NCBI GenBank assembly: GCA_002633005.1
Contig: NMRA01000609.1
Location: 1-46,880, forward strand
DNA from: Phoronis australis
Lineage: Eukaryota; Animalia; Phoronida
Direction of reading: 5' to 3'
DNA length: 46,880 nt
In this document: one piece after another, positions 13,579-26,745 of the stretch
How the letters are laid out: every line of letters starts with the position of its first letter
Position numbering within the stretch: the first letter of the stretch is position 1
Made by a program: the position numbers and the translations under genes
The notes under the pieces: model-generated
Databases searched by the model: none
Told to the model about the DNA's origin: nothing
The model's input: the letters and a program-made list of their open reading frames with translations, nothing else

Positions 13579-15349
13579 AGCGGCATTCACCTGCAGACGA
13601 ACCACTGACGTCGCTGCGTCGTTTCTCACCTTCCTCACAGGTTAACGCGACACCTCTCGGCAAGGTGAGGTCGACCGTATAAGAGGCGATGTGGATATAG
13701 ACCGATTAAGACGGTAAAAAAGACTAATTAAATCTGGTGGCATTCTCCTTTGACGCAATAAAGTGGTTACAGCTGTAACTCGGGTAGAACGCAACAATAT
13801 TAGGGAATATTTTACCACTGATTATACATGCAGGTCCCTAAGGATTAGCAATGTGCCATATTTAGTGGAAATCGGCCGATTCTTACCTTGCTGCTGGATG
13901 GCTGGTGCTCTCGAGGACTAGAACTTTTATGAACTTAAAAGGGTTTGAACAAAAATCAATTTGATTCTGATATCACTACGTAAACAGATGTTATAACCCG
14001 AGGCATTTTCTGTAACTTGCCAGAGGCAACAGTTTATTAAGATAATCATTTTTGTCTAAGGTATCAAGGGTCCTGATTCCAGAGAAAAAGTATGCATCTG
14101 ACAACTCAAGAGGCTGTCTGCAGCATATATTTTCTTTACCTAATTTTCTACTTACACATTTATAAATTAACATCCAGCAATTTTTTGCAATAGAATCCTG
14201 CATTGTACGCTGGGGATACCGTAAAGATAATCTTTCGATCGACTGCCGTTTTCCTAAAATTGGTGCAATTTTCGGTATTTTATCTTTTATAAAATCCAAA
14301 ATACACGTACATGTATATCACCTCAAACGACTGCTTGGTGTAAATGTGCTTCGATTTCTCACTGTGACACAACGTGTATACTAATTCGGAGCCTTGATCT
14401 TTGGCGGAGGAAAATTTAGGGTCAGTTTCGCAATGTTTTTGGAAGTATTTTGCCCAGTATGTTCATCACATTTTCAGGTTTGTGCTCCAGGTGGAGTCGC
14501 ACTGTGTTGACAAGGCAGCGGGGATCGCTAATACTGTATCTCAAGTGTGACAAGTCAAAACGCGTCTCGTTATCATAAACATTTACCGTCGCGTGTTGAA
14601 TCGCTGCCGTATTACGATTTCCATGGCCCTAAGCGATAAGATGCCTAGGCGGTGCTACTGATCTGACCACGAATTTTACAATTCTCTCACACCCTGATCC
14701 CGACGAAAATTTCAATCACTTCTAAGTATAGACCTAATTCAGACGACATCACAATTTTCATCAACCCCTGTCGTTGGAACATTCGACGAGCTCCTGTGAT
14801 TGCAAATGGGGGCCCTAATTTCTCTGATCCTCTAGCGTAATGGGCGGCCAAGTCACTGTGGTGCGCGCTTGAATTAATATGGGGGTGGGAATTTAAAATT
14901 TCTACTCCATCGTATGTTCTGTCGGCGGAACTCCAGTAATCTCCCTCCTCACCATCATAACATGACCAAGTTCACCTAGAGGGGTTCAGGATATGAGACC
15001 ACTGTCAGTAGATGTTCTGGTGAGCAATGCACGTATAGCCAATATACTTTAAATTGAGCCTGCGGATCATAGTCTAGCTGCTACCGGTGTTCCCCGGTAA
15101 ACACCCGCGCTAGCCGCCAATACTAGGAGTGCCTCAGTCACTGTATTATGCTTGGAGAGTTCTAGACGCGACAGATGTTTTTTTGACGTCTGATCACACA
15201 AAGTGTTTTCAAGAACAAGTAGGGGTGTTTATCGGCGTTCTAAAATTTGCACAAACTACATGTAGATGCAGTGCTTAGTGCATGTGCCAAATCATCCATG
15301 GGCCAGAAAACAGTTTAAAGATTTGAGATATCAATGCAACTGGTAAAAT

Positions 15350-15870
15350 CTGTAACAGTAGTAGCAATACTAGTACATGCATAGTTGTAGCAGAGCTAAA
15401 AGCAGTTGTGGTAGAAGTCGTAGAAGTAGTAGTAACAGTAGCAGTAGTAGTTGTTGTAGTAGAAGCAGCAGCAGCATCAGTAGAATTAATACCAGTAGCG
15501 ATAGCAATAGCATCATTAGTGGTAGTAGTAGCAGTGGTAGTACCGGTAGTAGAAATAGTAGCAATAGCAGAAGTAGTGGAAACAGTAGCAGTAGCTTTAG
15601 TAGAAGCATTAGCAGGAGCTGTAGCAGCAACGGAAGTAGACGTAGTAGCTACAGCAGTAGTAAAACTAGAGGTAGTAGCAGCAGCACTAGCAGCAACAGC
15701 AGCAGCTGCAGCAGCAGCAGCAACAGCACCAGCAACAGCAGAAGCAGCAGCAGAAGCAGCAGTGGCAGCAGCAGCTGCAGCAGCAGCAACAACAGCAGCA
15801 GCAGCTGCAGCAGCAGCAGCAGCAACAGCAGTAGTAGTAGCAGTCGTTGTAGTAGTAGTAATAGTAGTAG
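15350..15870. repeat. Compound (GTA)n/(GCA)n trinucleotide microsatellite
   Basis: About 520 bp of degenerate GTA/GCA triplets with a purer GCA core at ~15680-15830. It explains the overlapping low-complexity ORFs on both strands. Confidence 0.95.
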
Positions 15871-18433
15871 ACTGGTAATACGTTTTTGTGAACATTAAGT
15901 AAATACAACCCCGTTGTCAACTTAATATCATTAACCATGGAAAGCGATGAGTATTTTGGCAGTTTGTTGTACTTAAAAAGCAAAGGAACTATAAAAATAT
16001 TCCAGTGATACGCCTAACTATGCTTAGGAATTACTGTTTTGACAGAAATGTGAGAGCGAGCATAATGGAATTTAAGACATCGATATTAAGTCGATTGAAT
16101 ACGAAAGTAATTTCAGTTGATAATATCTGATGACAAATAATTGCAAATACTTCATACCAAACATCTCTATGAATTCATACGAATGGTTACGATACGATAT
16201 ACATGGTTGATAAGACTTCCTATTAGAGACTGAAATAATTTTCGTGCAAAGTTTATCGTAAATCGTGATCATTTGTATGACTGATTTCCTGCCACTGGGC
16301 AATTCTAAATGATCAAAAGAGGTTTTCCACAATTGATGGAACTAATTGTGACCAGTCGGATATCAGACTTACGATCGTTCATCATCACCCTGGTATAAAT
16401 TCATATCAACTGAAATGGAAGTGTAGTCGGGACCTTGCGGTTTTCAGAAGAGTAGGAGTTGGAAACTCCTTAATAGAAACAAAAGGCCGAAACGTTCAAT
16501 TAATGTTGAATTATCATGTACATGTGTAGTATATACTGTGTATACGGTATTGTAGGGACTGGTGTGGTATCGAAAAGTCATTAAACCTACGTGGATCATG
16601 AAGGTTTTGTGTGTTACGAACAAAACTTCTGGATATTGATAAAAGTGGTCAAAACAAGGCCTGAGCTAGTCTCAAAGTTGGAACATACAATACGTACAAC
16701 CTAAAGCAGCTTAATTAAACGCCAATTATTGATGTTTTCAGACGAGACTTCTTTTGAACAAATGAAGACGGCTTCAGAGGTGTGAGGCGTCTTGTAGATA
16801 ATCGTCTTTATATTGTACTTGTGTACGTTCTTACGCAATTTTTTTCAGTGACTGTCATTTTGAGTCCATGTTTTAACCTTATTCTTGTGAACTTTGTCTT
16901 ACTATAAAGCGAGCTGGTCTATTTTCGTCAAGTTTTTGTTGGTGTACACTGTACATGTATATCTGTGGATGTTCCTCTCTCACGAACAACCGTTTAACGA
17001 TCAATTTGACTCTGGCGAACAAAGTATAACATTTGCAAAAGGTGGAGCGTGCGTGTGCTGATCATTCCAGTGGCACTGTGACGATGGGAACGACGGTTTT
17101 TTAGTGACAAATCGCGCCATCTTTGCACGATTTGTCACTCGGTAATTATTTTATTTCATCCGTACATTTCTTCTTGTGTGACATTGATAACGAAGAGGTT
17201 ACGACGACAGCATTGTTTCTGGGGGTCGAGCTGATATAATCAAGTTTCCTAACAGAAGACCCTAGAACTCTGATCCTCTTGTCAACTTTCGCGCTCTGAA
17301 CTCGATTATTTCGTTCCGAAGAAAATTTCAAGCTTCTTTGCCTATACGTCTGTTAAGGACATTAGCAAAAAAGCTATGAATTCAGCCACATACCACATAA
17401 AAAAGAGTTTACCTAGGTATGTATTTTATGAAATCAGCAATTACTTCGTTTTGAACTTTATTGGTATATGCCGTTGATTGGGTCGTCCGAAGTCAATGGT
17501 CGCGATGAACCTCAAAAACGCTGTAACAGTTTTCCAAGTTATCATTTCATTATTATTTTAATATAATTTTCTTTTTTATAAAAATCACAAAAGTTCATTT
17601 TGGTAGCCCCTCATACCAAAGTTGATCAAATTAGAAATAATGGGGGACTTTTAGAAAGCATTGGGGGCTGATCACGTAGGATCAATGACTCTTATCGCCA
17701 ACCGAACTGTAGTGGGCACTTCTTTGCAGTTGGTGGGATAGAGCAACATTGTTACTTCGTAAAAAGCCGTGTTTACGGTGTATGGGATTAGACGTGATGC
17801 TTTTAAACAAAAGTAACTTTGTGTTCTGGTCCTGTAGACGATCTTGAGGCCACTATTATCCGTTCCCACGTGGTCAGTCTTAAAAGTTTCCCGGTATTTT
17901 TGGCAGCGTTTGGAGAACAATGCATAAAGCATAATATCTGGAAGATTTTCAGCCACTACCCGGATATGACGTTCCGACGTTAGCCAAAAGTGTACACTTG
18001 TCTAGGGTTCTACATGTACGTGTACATATACAGTAGGTTATACAACGTACGTGTTTGTACCAGTGGTTATAATATCGAGATTCGTGATATGCAAAAGTAT
18101 TTGAACGAGGGCGAACCTTACTACACATTTTATCACGCTAAGCTTCGACCGGGAAAATATCGTCTGCTAAAGTTGGCTACCACTAGTAACTGAGATAATG
18201 CTCAAGTCAAAGGATCCCGACGACACGATACCCGCATTCAAATTGGAGATCGGTGATTTACAAGTGAGATAACACAAGATAAAAATTTCACTGAATTAAA
18301 ATATCGTTTGATGGAAATTATGCGTCTTATATTTCATAGCGTACTGTATGAATGTCGGTACAACGCCCTTTGCTGAACATGCGATTGTTGCGCGTGTTCC
18401 TTTAGTATTCTATTTTCACGTTCGATGACGTCA

Positions 18434-18682
18434 GCCACTGAGTGGTGTAGTGGTAAAGTCGGCGACTCGAACCCGGCCTCGGTTTCCCGCAAAGATGTTA
18501 TCTCACTAGTGAGATAACTGAATGGGTTATTACACGGTTGCGTTTGCCATTTGACGCTATTACTGTGGTATAAATAATTTTAATTCTATGCCTGCTGGTT
18601 TAATACACACGTCCATGAGATCACGTTGTGTCTGTGCCGCAAAACAACATGGGGGCTTTAATTTAATCCTTGTCTATTAATT
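18434..18682 (+). mobile_element. Possible degraded tRNA-derived SINE
   Basis: A box TGGTGTAGTGG and partial B box TCGAACCC with shortened spacing. Extent uncertain. Confidence 0.4.
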
Positions 18683-19255
18683 ATCCAAGATTATTGCTGA
18701 AGACATTTTTCTTGTGGTGTTTGTAAATTTCATTTGATAACGATATAGTAATAACACATAAGGAAATCGGCTTGTAACAGAGCGTTATATTTTAAATTTT
18801 AGCATCCGGCGCACATACAAGTTATGGCTGCGATATCAGCTCAAACGTTGTCGATTCGTTTTAAATTAGTTATAAGCTTCGAAACAAACTAAAAAGTACT
18901 GAAATGGTTTACCTTGTGTTTAAGCTCCTAGTTTCCAAGATATTGTAAAAATGAACAAAACTTAAATTTAAATTTATACTTTAGTGGAAATTTCCTGATT
19001 ATTTTGTGCATGTGTTATGGAATTTTATGCCCCCAAGAAGTAATGTCTGAAACCTTCACACAATAAGATATAAGATTGTAAGTGAAATGAGTGTAAAGTA
19101 GCAAGGACACCTGAAGGTTGGCCAACTTGTCCAAAATCAATGGCAGGTTATCAATCAATGCCCAATCACGGCAACGGAAACTCTGGGGTAGGACTGTGAG
19201 CGTTATTTCGTGATTTTTGTTTATTTGCTGTAGTGACATGGATTCACGAAATGAA

Positions 19256-19414
19256 CCTGGCGTGCGTTCAGTAGACGCTAGGACCTACGCTAGGACCTAG
19301 CTAAAACCTAGTCAAAGTCACGTGTTCTCATTTAAAATGCATGGCAATATCTCACGTAATCTCGCGAAGTCTTGCTTTTTAGCGAGGTCCTAGCGTTACT
19401 GAACGGGAGGCTGG
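19256..19414. mobile_element. MITE with CGTTCAGTA..CGCTAGGACCT inverted ends
   Basis: About 30-bp imperfect TIRs. An inverted copy is at 36146-36296 and a partial core is at ~26375-26460. Confidence 0.85.
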
Positions 19415-21586
19415 ATGATTAATTAAACACAAGACTATAAGACACACTGGTCATCTCCAGCTACATGTACTTATACGTCACCTTATTGATATTTCTGTAT
19501 TTTTAAGGTGGTAAATGACAATGAGGGGCATATTTAACATTTTTATTTAAAACTGTGTTTCTAGAAAACTCATTCACCTTAAAAAACCAGCACTGGATTT
19601 CGTTCCTGCCATTATAAAAATAATTGATTCATGATAACAAATCAGTTTCAATTGAAAATCTTAGAATTTAAATTATAAGATAATTATGTTATTAATCTGC
19701 CCCCAGTGCGTAACTCATATCAAGGTAAAAAACGGCTTACCTGAAGCTTGTCAAACTTCACTGTAATGCTATTAATAGTTGTGAAACTACAATATATTAA
19801 TTATAAAAAACGGTTGCCCACGCCAGTGACCTCGCATTACCAGACAAGCTGTACATCAAGCTTCGTATACACGTAGTCGCTGTGATCACATTTATTGCGC
19901 ATGAACGTTCGCATGTAGCTAAACAGCGTTGTGACTAAGTTCTAAGTTGGGTTATTTTTAGCGTAATGGTAACCTAGGGCCCAATTTGGTAACCTCTGTT
20001 GGTATAGGCCTACTACATAAATTAATTTGACCCGCTTGACAAGTAGGCCTATAACTGGATCCACTTTTGCGATTGTTCGTCCAATTATTTGTTCGCTGGT
20101 CATTTTGTCATGCAACAGCTTAAAGTTATGTGAGCTCCAAGAAAGATGTCCACCTTGATTGACGGAGGTCAAGTGCCATTAGTGGCGCCACCACATGGTT
20201 TAAAGTTATACATCATCGCATCCATTTTAGGTGTGCTTTGAACAGAAATTTGGAAGATAAGGATACCCGGATGTTATCGACTGATCTGTGTAATTAGCCA
20301 CATGTCTACAAATCCATGAATTTCATTCAGGAAACGTATATTTCTTTTTGACACCAGGAAGACTGTAGAATTTGATTCTTTTTATTTTATACCCATATGC
20401 TGTTGGTTGGTCACATGACCACTTTTTAGTAAAATTTACGGAAAGGAAAAGTAACTACAATCATAGCACAACAACGGTTTCAATAACGCAACCAAAATTC
20501 ATTTGACTGACTTCCTGAATTTCGCAAAATTAAACAAACCCAAACAAAATGAGCCTTATTCTAATTTTCGAAATAAGGAAACAAAAACCACAAAATCACG
20601 CCGACAGTGCAGGAATGTTTATAGCGCCGTCTTATAAGTAATAAATGTCTTCCAGACCTCAGGCTTTGAGTAAAGTTTATGAAAGTAAGTGCAATCATTA
20701 TTCGTGTTCTGTAATATATGGCATTCTATTGCTCTAATGCCAAGCGAGAGCAAAATTGAATTAACACAACTCCATTGGTCCCCCGAGGTCTATATGGTTT
20801 GGACCGGTCTCTATTCGTTTTAATACACGATCCCTAATTAATGCTTCTTTCCTTTGATTTTTTTCGTCCTATTCGTTTATCAAGTTCATAGTAATACTTG
20901 TCGTTTTGTACTGGCATCGTCTGCTTTGTAGTTTGGGCTTATGTTTTCAACAGTATCTGGTTGGTAATCTGGCGAATAGCGACATCTGACGTCAAGTCGT
21001 GATATTTCACGGCCAGGCTGGTCCATATTACGGTAAGTTCCACGTTTTAGGCAATCAGGGGACAGAAGTGTTAGGGGTACGTAGTGTAAAAATGTATTTT
21101 ATACTACACTATCAGCCTGACATGGCCAATACAACCGTTGAATCACCCGTATACATGTAGTTACATGTATTCAACGTGTGTTGAATAACAATTTGGCGGG
21201 GACCAGAGGTCGGTTTCGAGCCGTCGACTTAATCGCTTCGCCATTCAGCAGCTGGGTGACGACATCGTACGTGAAAATAGAATTCTCACGTGACTTGGAA
21301 TGTGGTACCACACGACTGGTTAATAACACCGAGTACGTATTTTTTGATATTACATGGGCGAATCACAAAGTAGTGCAAAGTAGAAAACCGTACGCCTTAC
21401 ATTCTACGGTCTGCAAAACACTAAAGCAACCAAACGCGCGCCAACCAAACAATGTCGGAATTCTGAGGGAATAGCGAGGTTAAAATTGACAAATCGGCTG
21501 TCGCAACTGTACGTAGGAAGGACATGTAAACAACTTCTTAAACGGACCCATCTTCGGCGGCGAATTCCATATCCACGTTCATTTAA

Positions 21587-22549
21587 ACAGTACACACCAT
21601 GGATTTTTGCACATTTTGAATTACCGGTGGCCACAAACTAAATGTATGACGTAAAATTTAGCTAAACCCATGTTTATTTTGTGTAATTAGCTCGAAATTT
21701 TGATTTCTCTTTCAATTTTGCCAATTTTCACATTTCCCGCCATGTGACGTCATGGGTTGAACACAAGAGATTAGTGACTAGCATTGAACAATGGCGGAAA
21801 GCAGGGAATTTGAAAGCGACGACGATTATGAGCAAAAATTGAACGAATACTATGAAGAAACGTACGGGAATGGTGGCCAGGATGAGGAAATGGGGTTGCA
21901 CGAAAGCGAGAATAAGTTTAATGTGGTTCCGGCTGCGTACTTTTCTACTTTGAGCCTTACGAACTGGATCCTCCCGCGAGAGAAGCGGCCTCGGGCTCGG
22001 CGAGTCAACCCAGTCATCCAACAGACGATCCTGAACTAAGAGCTGATGTTTCTGAATGATAAATATTGTCCTTTATTGAACCAGGCCTTCATCGTAACGT
22101 CTCTTGTGACTGGAGTCGAAACGCGAGTCCTCAAAGTGGGCAGAACACAGAGTGGCCCCGGACCGAATCGCTTGGTCCACGATGACGTCCCACACTCTCG
22201 TTCGGCGCACGAAGCGATGCCACTTCTGCGCAACTTTGGTATCCTTCGGAACACCGAGACGTTCTCCGCCTGGCTGCTGTTGCTGCAGCCTCCGGAAACA
22301 CATCTTTTCATCCCTCTACGAACCTTCTCGACGCTAAATGTATTTTGCTTTCTCTTCACTCTATACACTTTGTCTCTGATCCGAACAGTATGGCGAACGA
22401 CTTGGGTTCAACCCATGAGGTTGTACATAATTATTATTTTTTTCAATTTTTGCGTGTTTCTTTATGAGCTGTGCACTAAAGGCACTGAAATCTAGTAAGA
22501 TATAATAATAAAATTTATTTTGATGTACAAGAGTCATGTTGTGTACACT
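21587..22549. mobile_element. Non-autonomous Kolobok-like DNA transposon, copy A, with frameshifted THAP domain
   Basis: Flanked by TTAA (21583-86 and 22550-53), with short imperfect TIRs ACAGTACACACCATG / AGTGTACACAACATG. The minus strand from 22311 reads MKRCVSGGCSN..(frameshift)..PKD..KW..FVR..LCSAHFE, a C2CH THAP signature. A near-identical inverted copy is at 31793-32749. Confidence 0.8.
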
Positions 22550-22914
22550 TTAAACGGAGACGAGCCCCAACTAAAGAAACGCGGAGAGACTGTCTAGCTG
22601 GGCTGTCTCAAGGTCAGTACAGCGCTCGCGCGCGGGGAAGCCTTGCTGGCTGTTATTTATAAACATTTTTAAAGCTTTGATATAACAACTTCAAAGAGTA
22701 TTTATTAGATTCTAAAGTGAATATTTGCCACGAAAGCTCAGTGAATGCAATTTACAATTGTTAAGCTTAAAATAAAACTTTTGACAAAAAGTAACTGAAT
22801 TTTGTTACATTGCGCAAGCGTGTTTTTACAAAAGTTACGTCATGTGATTGAAAGTTTTACACACGTCGAGTTTTTGGCAAAAAATCGTTTTCACGGTTCA
22901 TGTGAGAAAACAAA

Positions 22915-23009
22915 CCCTACACTCGTCTAAGATTAATGACATGGGCAAAACCTCTTGGAAATTTCGTCAAGATGTTTTGCCCATGTCATAAACCTGAGAT
23001 TCGTGTAGG
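22915..23009. repeat. Imperfect hairpin / small MITE
   Basis: ATGACATGGGCAAAAC pairs with GTTTTGCCCATGTCAT; outer CCTACAC/GTGTAGG. Confidence 0.7.
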
Positions 23010-23410
23010 ATTCTCTATTACTTAAATTAGGACGCGCAATAATCGCATGTTCAACGAACGGCATTGTACCGATATTTATACGCTGTGAAAAATATGACGC
23101 ACAATTTAATTAAAAACGACATTTTAATTCAGTAAAATTTATCTGTCATTACTCTCACTTGTAAATCGTCGATCTCCAATTTAAATGCTGGTAACATGGC
23201 GTAGAGATTCTTTGATTTGGATATTATACCCAGTAACCAGTGGTAAACTACTTTAGCAGACAATACTTTATATTTTCAATTGGTTTTGGGTAAAATCAAA
23301 GCATTATTTTAACTTGGCCTTTCTTGAAAGGTCACAAACTCAGACCCGAGGCGAGTCGAGAAAGGTATGTGATGATCGATTCACTGCAATGTTTCAGTAT
23401 GTGGTATAAA

Positions 23411-23568
23411 TAGATTATTACATGTTATCAGCCGTTATCCCCCTTACATGTATCTAGAGCCCGAGTGGATTTTGGAGAATAATTGCCCGATGGGCGTTAT
23501 CCACTAGGCCGATAATTCTACAAAATCCACTCGGGCTCTAGATAAAATTTTTGACATGTAATAATCTA
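23411..23568. mobile_element. Palindromic MITE with TA termini
   Basis: Outer perfect 15-bp IR TAGATTATTACATGT, and inner perfect 24-bp IR TATCTAGAGCCCGAGTGGATTTTG (23451-23544). Confidence 0.8.
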
Positions 23569-23838
23569 CATGCATTCGTTTGTTTACTGTTGTTGCATAT
23601 TTTCGTTGTTGTTGACATTATTTATCATTATACAATTATTGATTTTAACAGAGTGCAATATGTTGATTTCCAGAACCCATCAATTTGATTATGAACGAGA
23701 TGGGGTTGAGCCTGCAGTGAATAGTTCAGCCTTTTGTGCAATAGGGTTATGGAGGGAACTATGTGCTTTGATAAGCATTCACCGAGTGATTCATATTTTA
23801 CAGTTAATTAAAAACTGAAAGCGCTCTGAGGAGCGAAA

Positions 23839-24176
23839 CTTGGCGAAATTAACCAAAAAAAAACACGTTCGAGAGGACGAGAAAAGACGACGACAGAGAT
23901 GATGACGAAGATGACAGCTATGACGACGATGGTGGCGATAATGGACAACCCTAGTTATGATATCATTCATATAACGAACGTAGAGGTCAGAAATCACTTA
24001 AGAAATAGGCTACAGTCTTCAGCGACACTTGGCGAAATTAACTGAAGAAAAGAGGACGTCGGAGATGTTGACGAAGATGACGAATATGATGATGGTGGTG
24101 GCCATGATGAAGAACATCATAACATTCATATGACGAATTTAAATGTCATAAATCATTAAGAAATAGGCTACAGTCT
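23839..24176. repeat. Diverged tandem duplication (~190- and ~150-bp units) with GAY-rich cores
   Basis: Both units start CTTGGCGAAATT and end TTAAGAAATAGGCTACAGTCT. Confidence 0.8.
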
Positions 24177-24206
24177 AGTTCAATAGAAGCTAAACAACCT
24201 GAATGC

Positions 24207-25056
24207 AGCAAGAGCGCTCAACAAAGGAGCAGCGTTATCACAAAATCTCAAATAACTCGAAAAGTAGACGTTGTAGAGAAAAATGGAAAGCATCTTCTGA
24301 AAGCCCGTTCAAAATTCTATCTAAACTGATGGTATCGTTTAATTCCGTAAATTTTTCGAAAAAATTAAATTTTGAGTTTTTTTTTAAGAAATTCAAAGTC
24401 AAATAACTCGAAAACGGTAAGTCTGAGAAAAAAATTGTTACAGGCCATTTGAAAGAATATACTTCAAAGAATCCACATGCAAAAAAATCACGTCTTTTCC
24501 TCTTCCCGTTTAAAATCGCACTCCAGCACGACTGAAAATGGGTCAACATGCGCCAGATCCGCCATCTTGAAAGCAACTTCCGGTTTTTTGGTTTTGTATA
24601 ATAGCATGTTATAAGAAACTAATACCTGTCAAAATTCGAAGGAATTGGTTCGATAATGCGCCCTCTACAGGAGAAAACGTTTTTAGGCCAAAATCGAGGT
24701 GCGCATGCGCGATCGCCGATATTTCCGCCATCTTTAACTGGAAGTAAACAATTTCCGGCACACTTGTAGCAAACTTCCGGTCCATTTACTGTGCCGATTC
24801 TTAGCCTTTTACGTAAAAAACTGTAGCCTGCAGAAGCATTTGAACCTTTAAATGGAAACAAAATGGCCGCCACAGCCGCCATCTTGGATCCGATTTTGAA
24901 GAAAAACAATATGCTTCCAGTACTTCCGGAAGTACGTGTTATGTGTAAATTTCGTGATGTTCAAACGAAAATTGCGACCTGTATCATGCGAACAAACAAA
25001 AAAAAACTTAGTGGAAGAGCAACATACTTGGCGAAATTTATTTCGCCAAGTAATAA
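24207..25056. mobile_element. Possible Helentron-associated (HINE/DINE-like) non-autonomous element
   Basis: Subterminal hairpin TACTTGGCGAAAT/ATTTCGCCAAGTA followed by ATAAT at one end, CAAGAGCGCTC at the other, and internal AAAATGGCCGCC/GCCGCCATCTTG motifs. The family call is an inference. Confidence 0.4.
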
Positions 25057-25156
25057 TGTGATGGCAGAATCCAGATAAAAAGGCTTATGAGACTGTCGAC
25101 TTTGGTGACGTGCTCAGTGGTGGGGGAGTGTTAACTAATGCGTGCCTAGGGAACTA

Positions 25157-25420
25157 CATGCACGCACCCAGACTAAAATATAGGGGAGCTCGAATTCTTC
25201 GATACGTGGACCTTTTACTGAAGGAATTCAGCGAGGACAAACAAAAAACGGGCCGCTAAGTTCGTGCCTGCCAACCGTGCATCCGCGCCGAATTCCTGTA
25301 GACTTTGTGGACTTTTGTCTCGTTTACTCGGACTTTTTGTTTCACTGAGGCGGACCTTTTTGCCCAATTTGCCAAATTGGGGGGCTCGTTCGAGACCCCC
25401 CACCCCTGGGTGCGCCCATG
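25157..25420. mobile_element. Second copy of the CAT..CGCACCCAG MITE
   Basis: TIR CATGCACGCACCCAG/CTGGGTGCGCCCATG, flanks AACTA/AACAA. Confidence 0.8.
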
Positions 25421-26214
25421 AACAAGAAGATCCCAGCGCCGATCTAGATGAAATCTCCATTGTTACGTCAAAATAATAAATGAAATTAAAACGGCGTTAC
25501 TGTGGCAGCGTCCAATCTTAGGAATTATGGAAATATTCACCGCTTGTATAATCTATCCAAATCCATCCCTCCCTTCCTCGCACCCTCCCTCCCTCCCTTC
25601 CACCCCCTCACTCCCTCTCGCAAACGCCTATGGTCTTGACAGTGCTTTTCCAAGCAAACCAGCCTGACAAACTACTTTTGACGAAAGCGAAAACTGCATA
25701 ATGGCGGTTCGTCGGTATCTAATATACATGTACCTACTGTAATCAAGCGTTAATGTTGTGTAGCCCCCCTAACATGTGTAAATTTGGCTAATTTTGAAAC
25801 ATCATATCTCAGAAACCGATGATTATATTAATGTGAAACTTTCCAACACTACATGTATGCGTTATGCAATGTTTTCAAAGGAAACCAATTTTGAGTGAGG
25901 GATATTAAACAATACGACGTGTTCTATTTTTCAAAGATCAAACGTTGCACGAAATGAAATAAAATGTAGCATGGTTTTAAGAGATTTCTCTGTGAATGTA
26001 TGTCAAACAAAATTTGGTCATTTGTTGATACCATTGATTTGCTGTGAATAAAACTTTATTTGCCTTTGTAAATAATCAATTGAATACAGATTTCTCGGCG
26101 AGGCTCTGCATGATGTTTTAAAGATAATTTTGCACCTGCGAAAAAAATTGTCGAAACCACGCAAGTTTCAGTTAGATATCCCCATGACATATTGCGTGGT
26201 CGCACATCTTTTAA

Positions 26215-26745
26215 CTCTTACGAGTGATTACGCATCCCAGGTATCTCGGAATGTGACCTTCAATATTGCCTCGCAGGTGCTCAGCACAACAAGAGTCTGG
26301 GGTGTGTTCTGTGGGCTAACGACACTTGAAAGTGAAGCTGAGTATACAGTAGCCCCACAGAGGTATCCCGGTGATAAAAACCTAGCCAAAATCACGTGCT
26401 CTCATTACAAATGCACTACGATAAATCGAGGAATCTCGCGAGATCTTGCTTTTTAACAAGGTGAACCGAACTCGACCCTGATGTGATCACGTGTTTTGCT
26501 TGAAGTCCAGGAAGGAACTTGAAGTACAGAGTACGGACGGCATCCCATGCTGAGTAATGTAAAGAGGCACCGTACAGTTTTCATCGGGTTTTGGTTGGCA
26601 GTGCACACGTCATTAGATTTTGCCACCAGTTCCTCTACTCTGTCAACAACTCTATGAACATAATGAAACGTTGTCGTTGAGCCGTTTCATATCGACAGCG
26701 ATGCGAACAACCCCAGTTCTGTCTCATGGTTTGGCCTTTTCACTT
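26215..26745 (-). mobile_element. Ty3/Gypsy reverse transcriptase relic, interrupted by a MITE fragment (~26375-26480)
   Basis: GVVRIAVDMKRLNDNV and RVEELVAKSND resemble GxVRICVDxxxLN and VEELLAxLxGA; downstream SEIPGMRNHS resembles the segment preceding the DD motif. Contains stops and frameshifts. Confidence 0.6.

Noticed and set aside
13991-15030. Possible LINE remnants (DYLYGIP; LGHVM...GRP on the minus strand)
   Set aside because: The motifs are too short and degenerate to support a call.
15275-15983. Long Ala/Thr-, Ser-, Val-, Leu- and Cys-rich ORFs
   Set aside because: All are readings of one trinucleotide microsatellite; there is no domain or splice support.
22046-22495. 149-aa + strand ORF and its counterpart 31846-32172
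   Set aside because: Antisense shadow of the THAP relic within the transposon; no recognisable motif.
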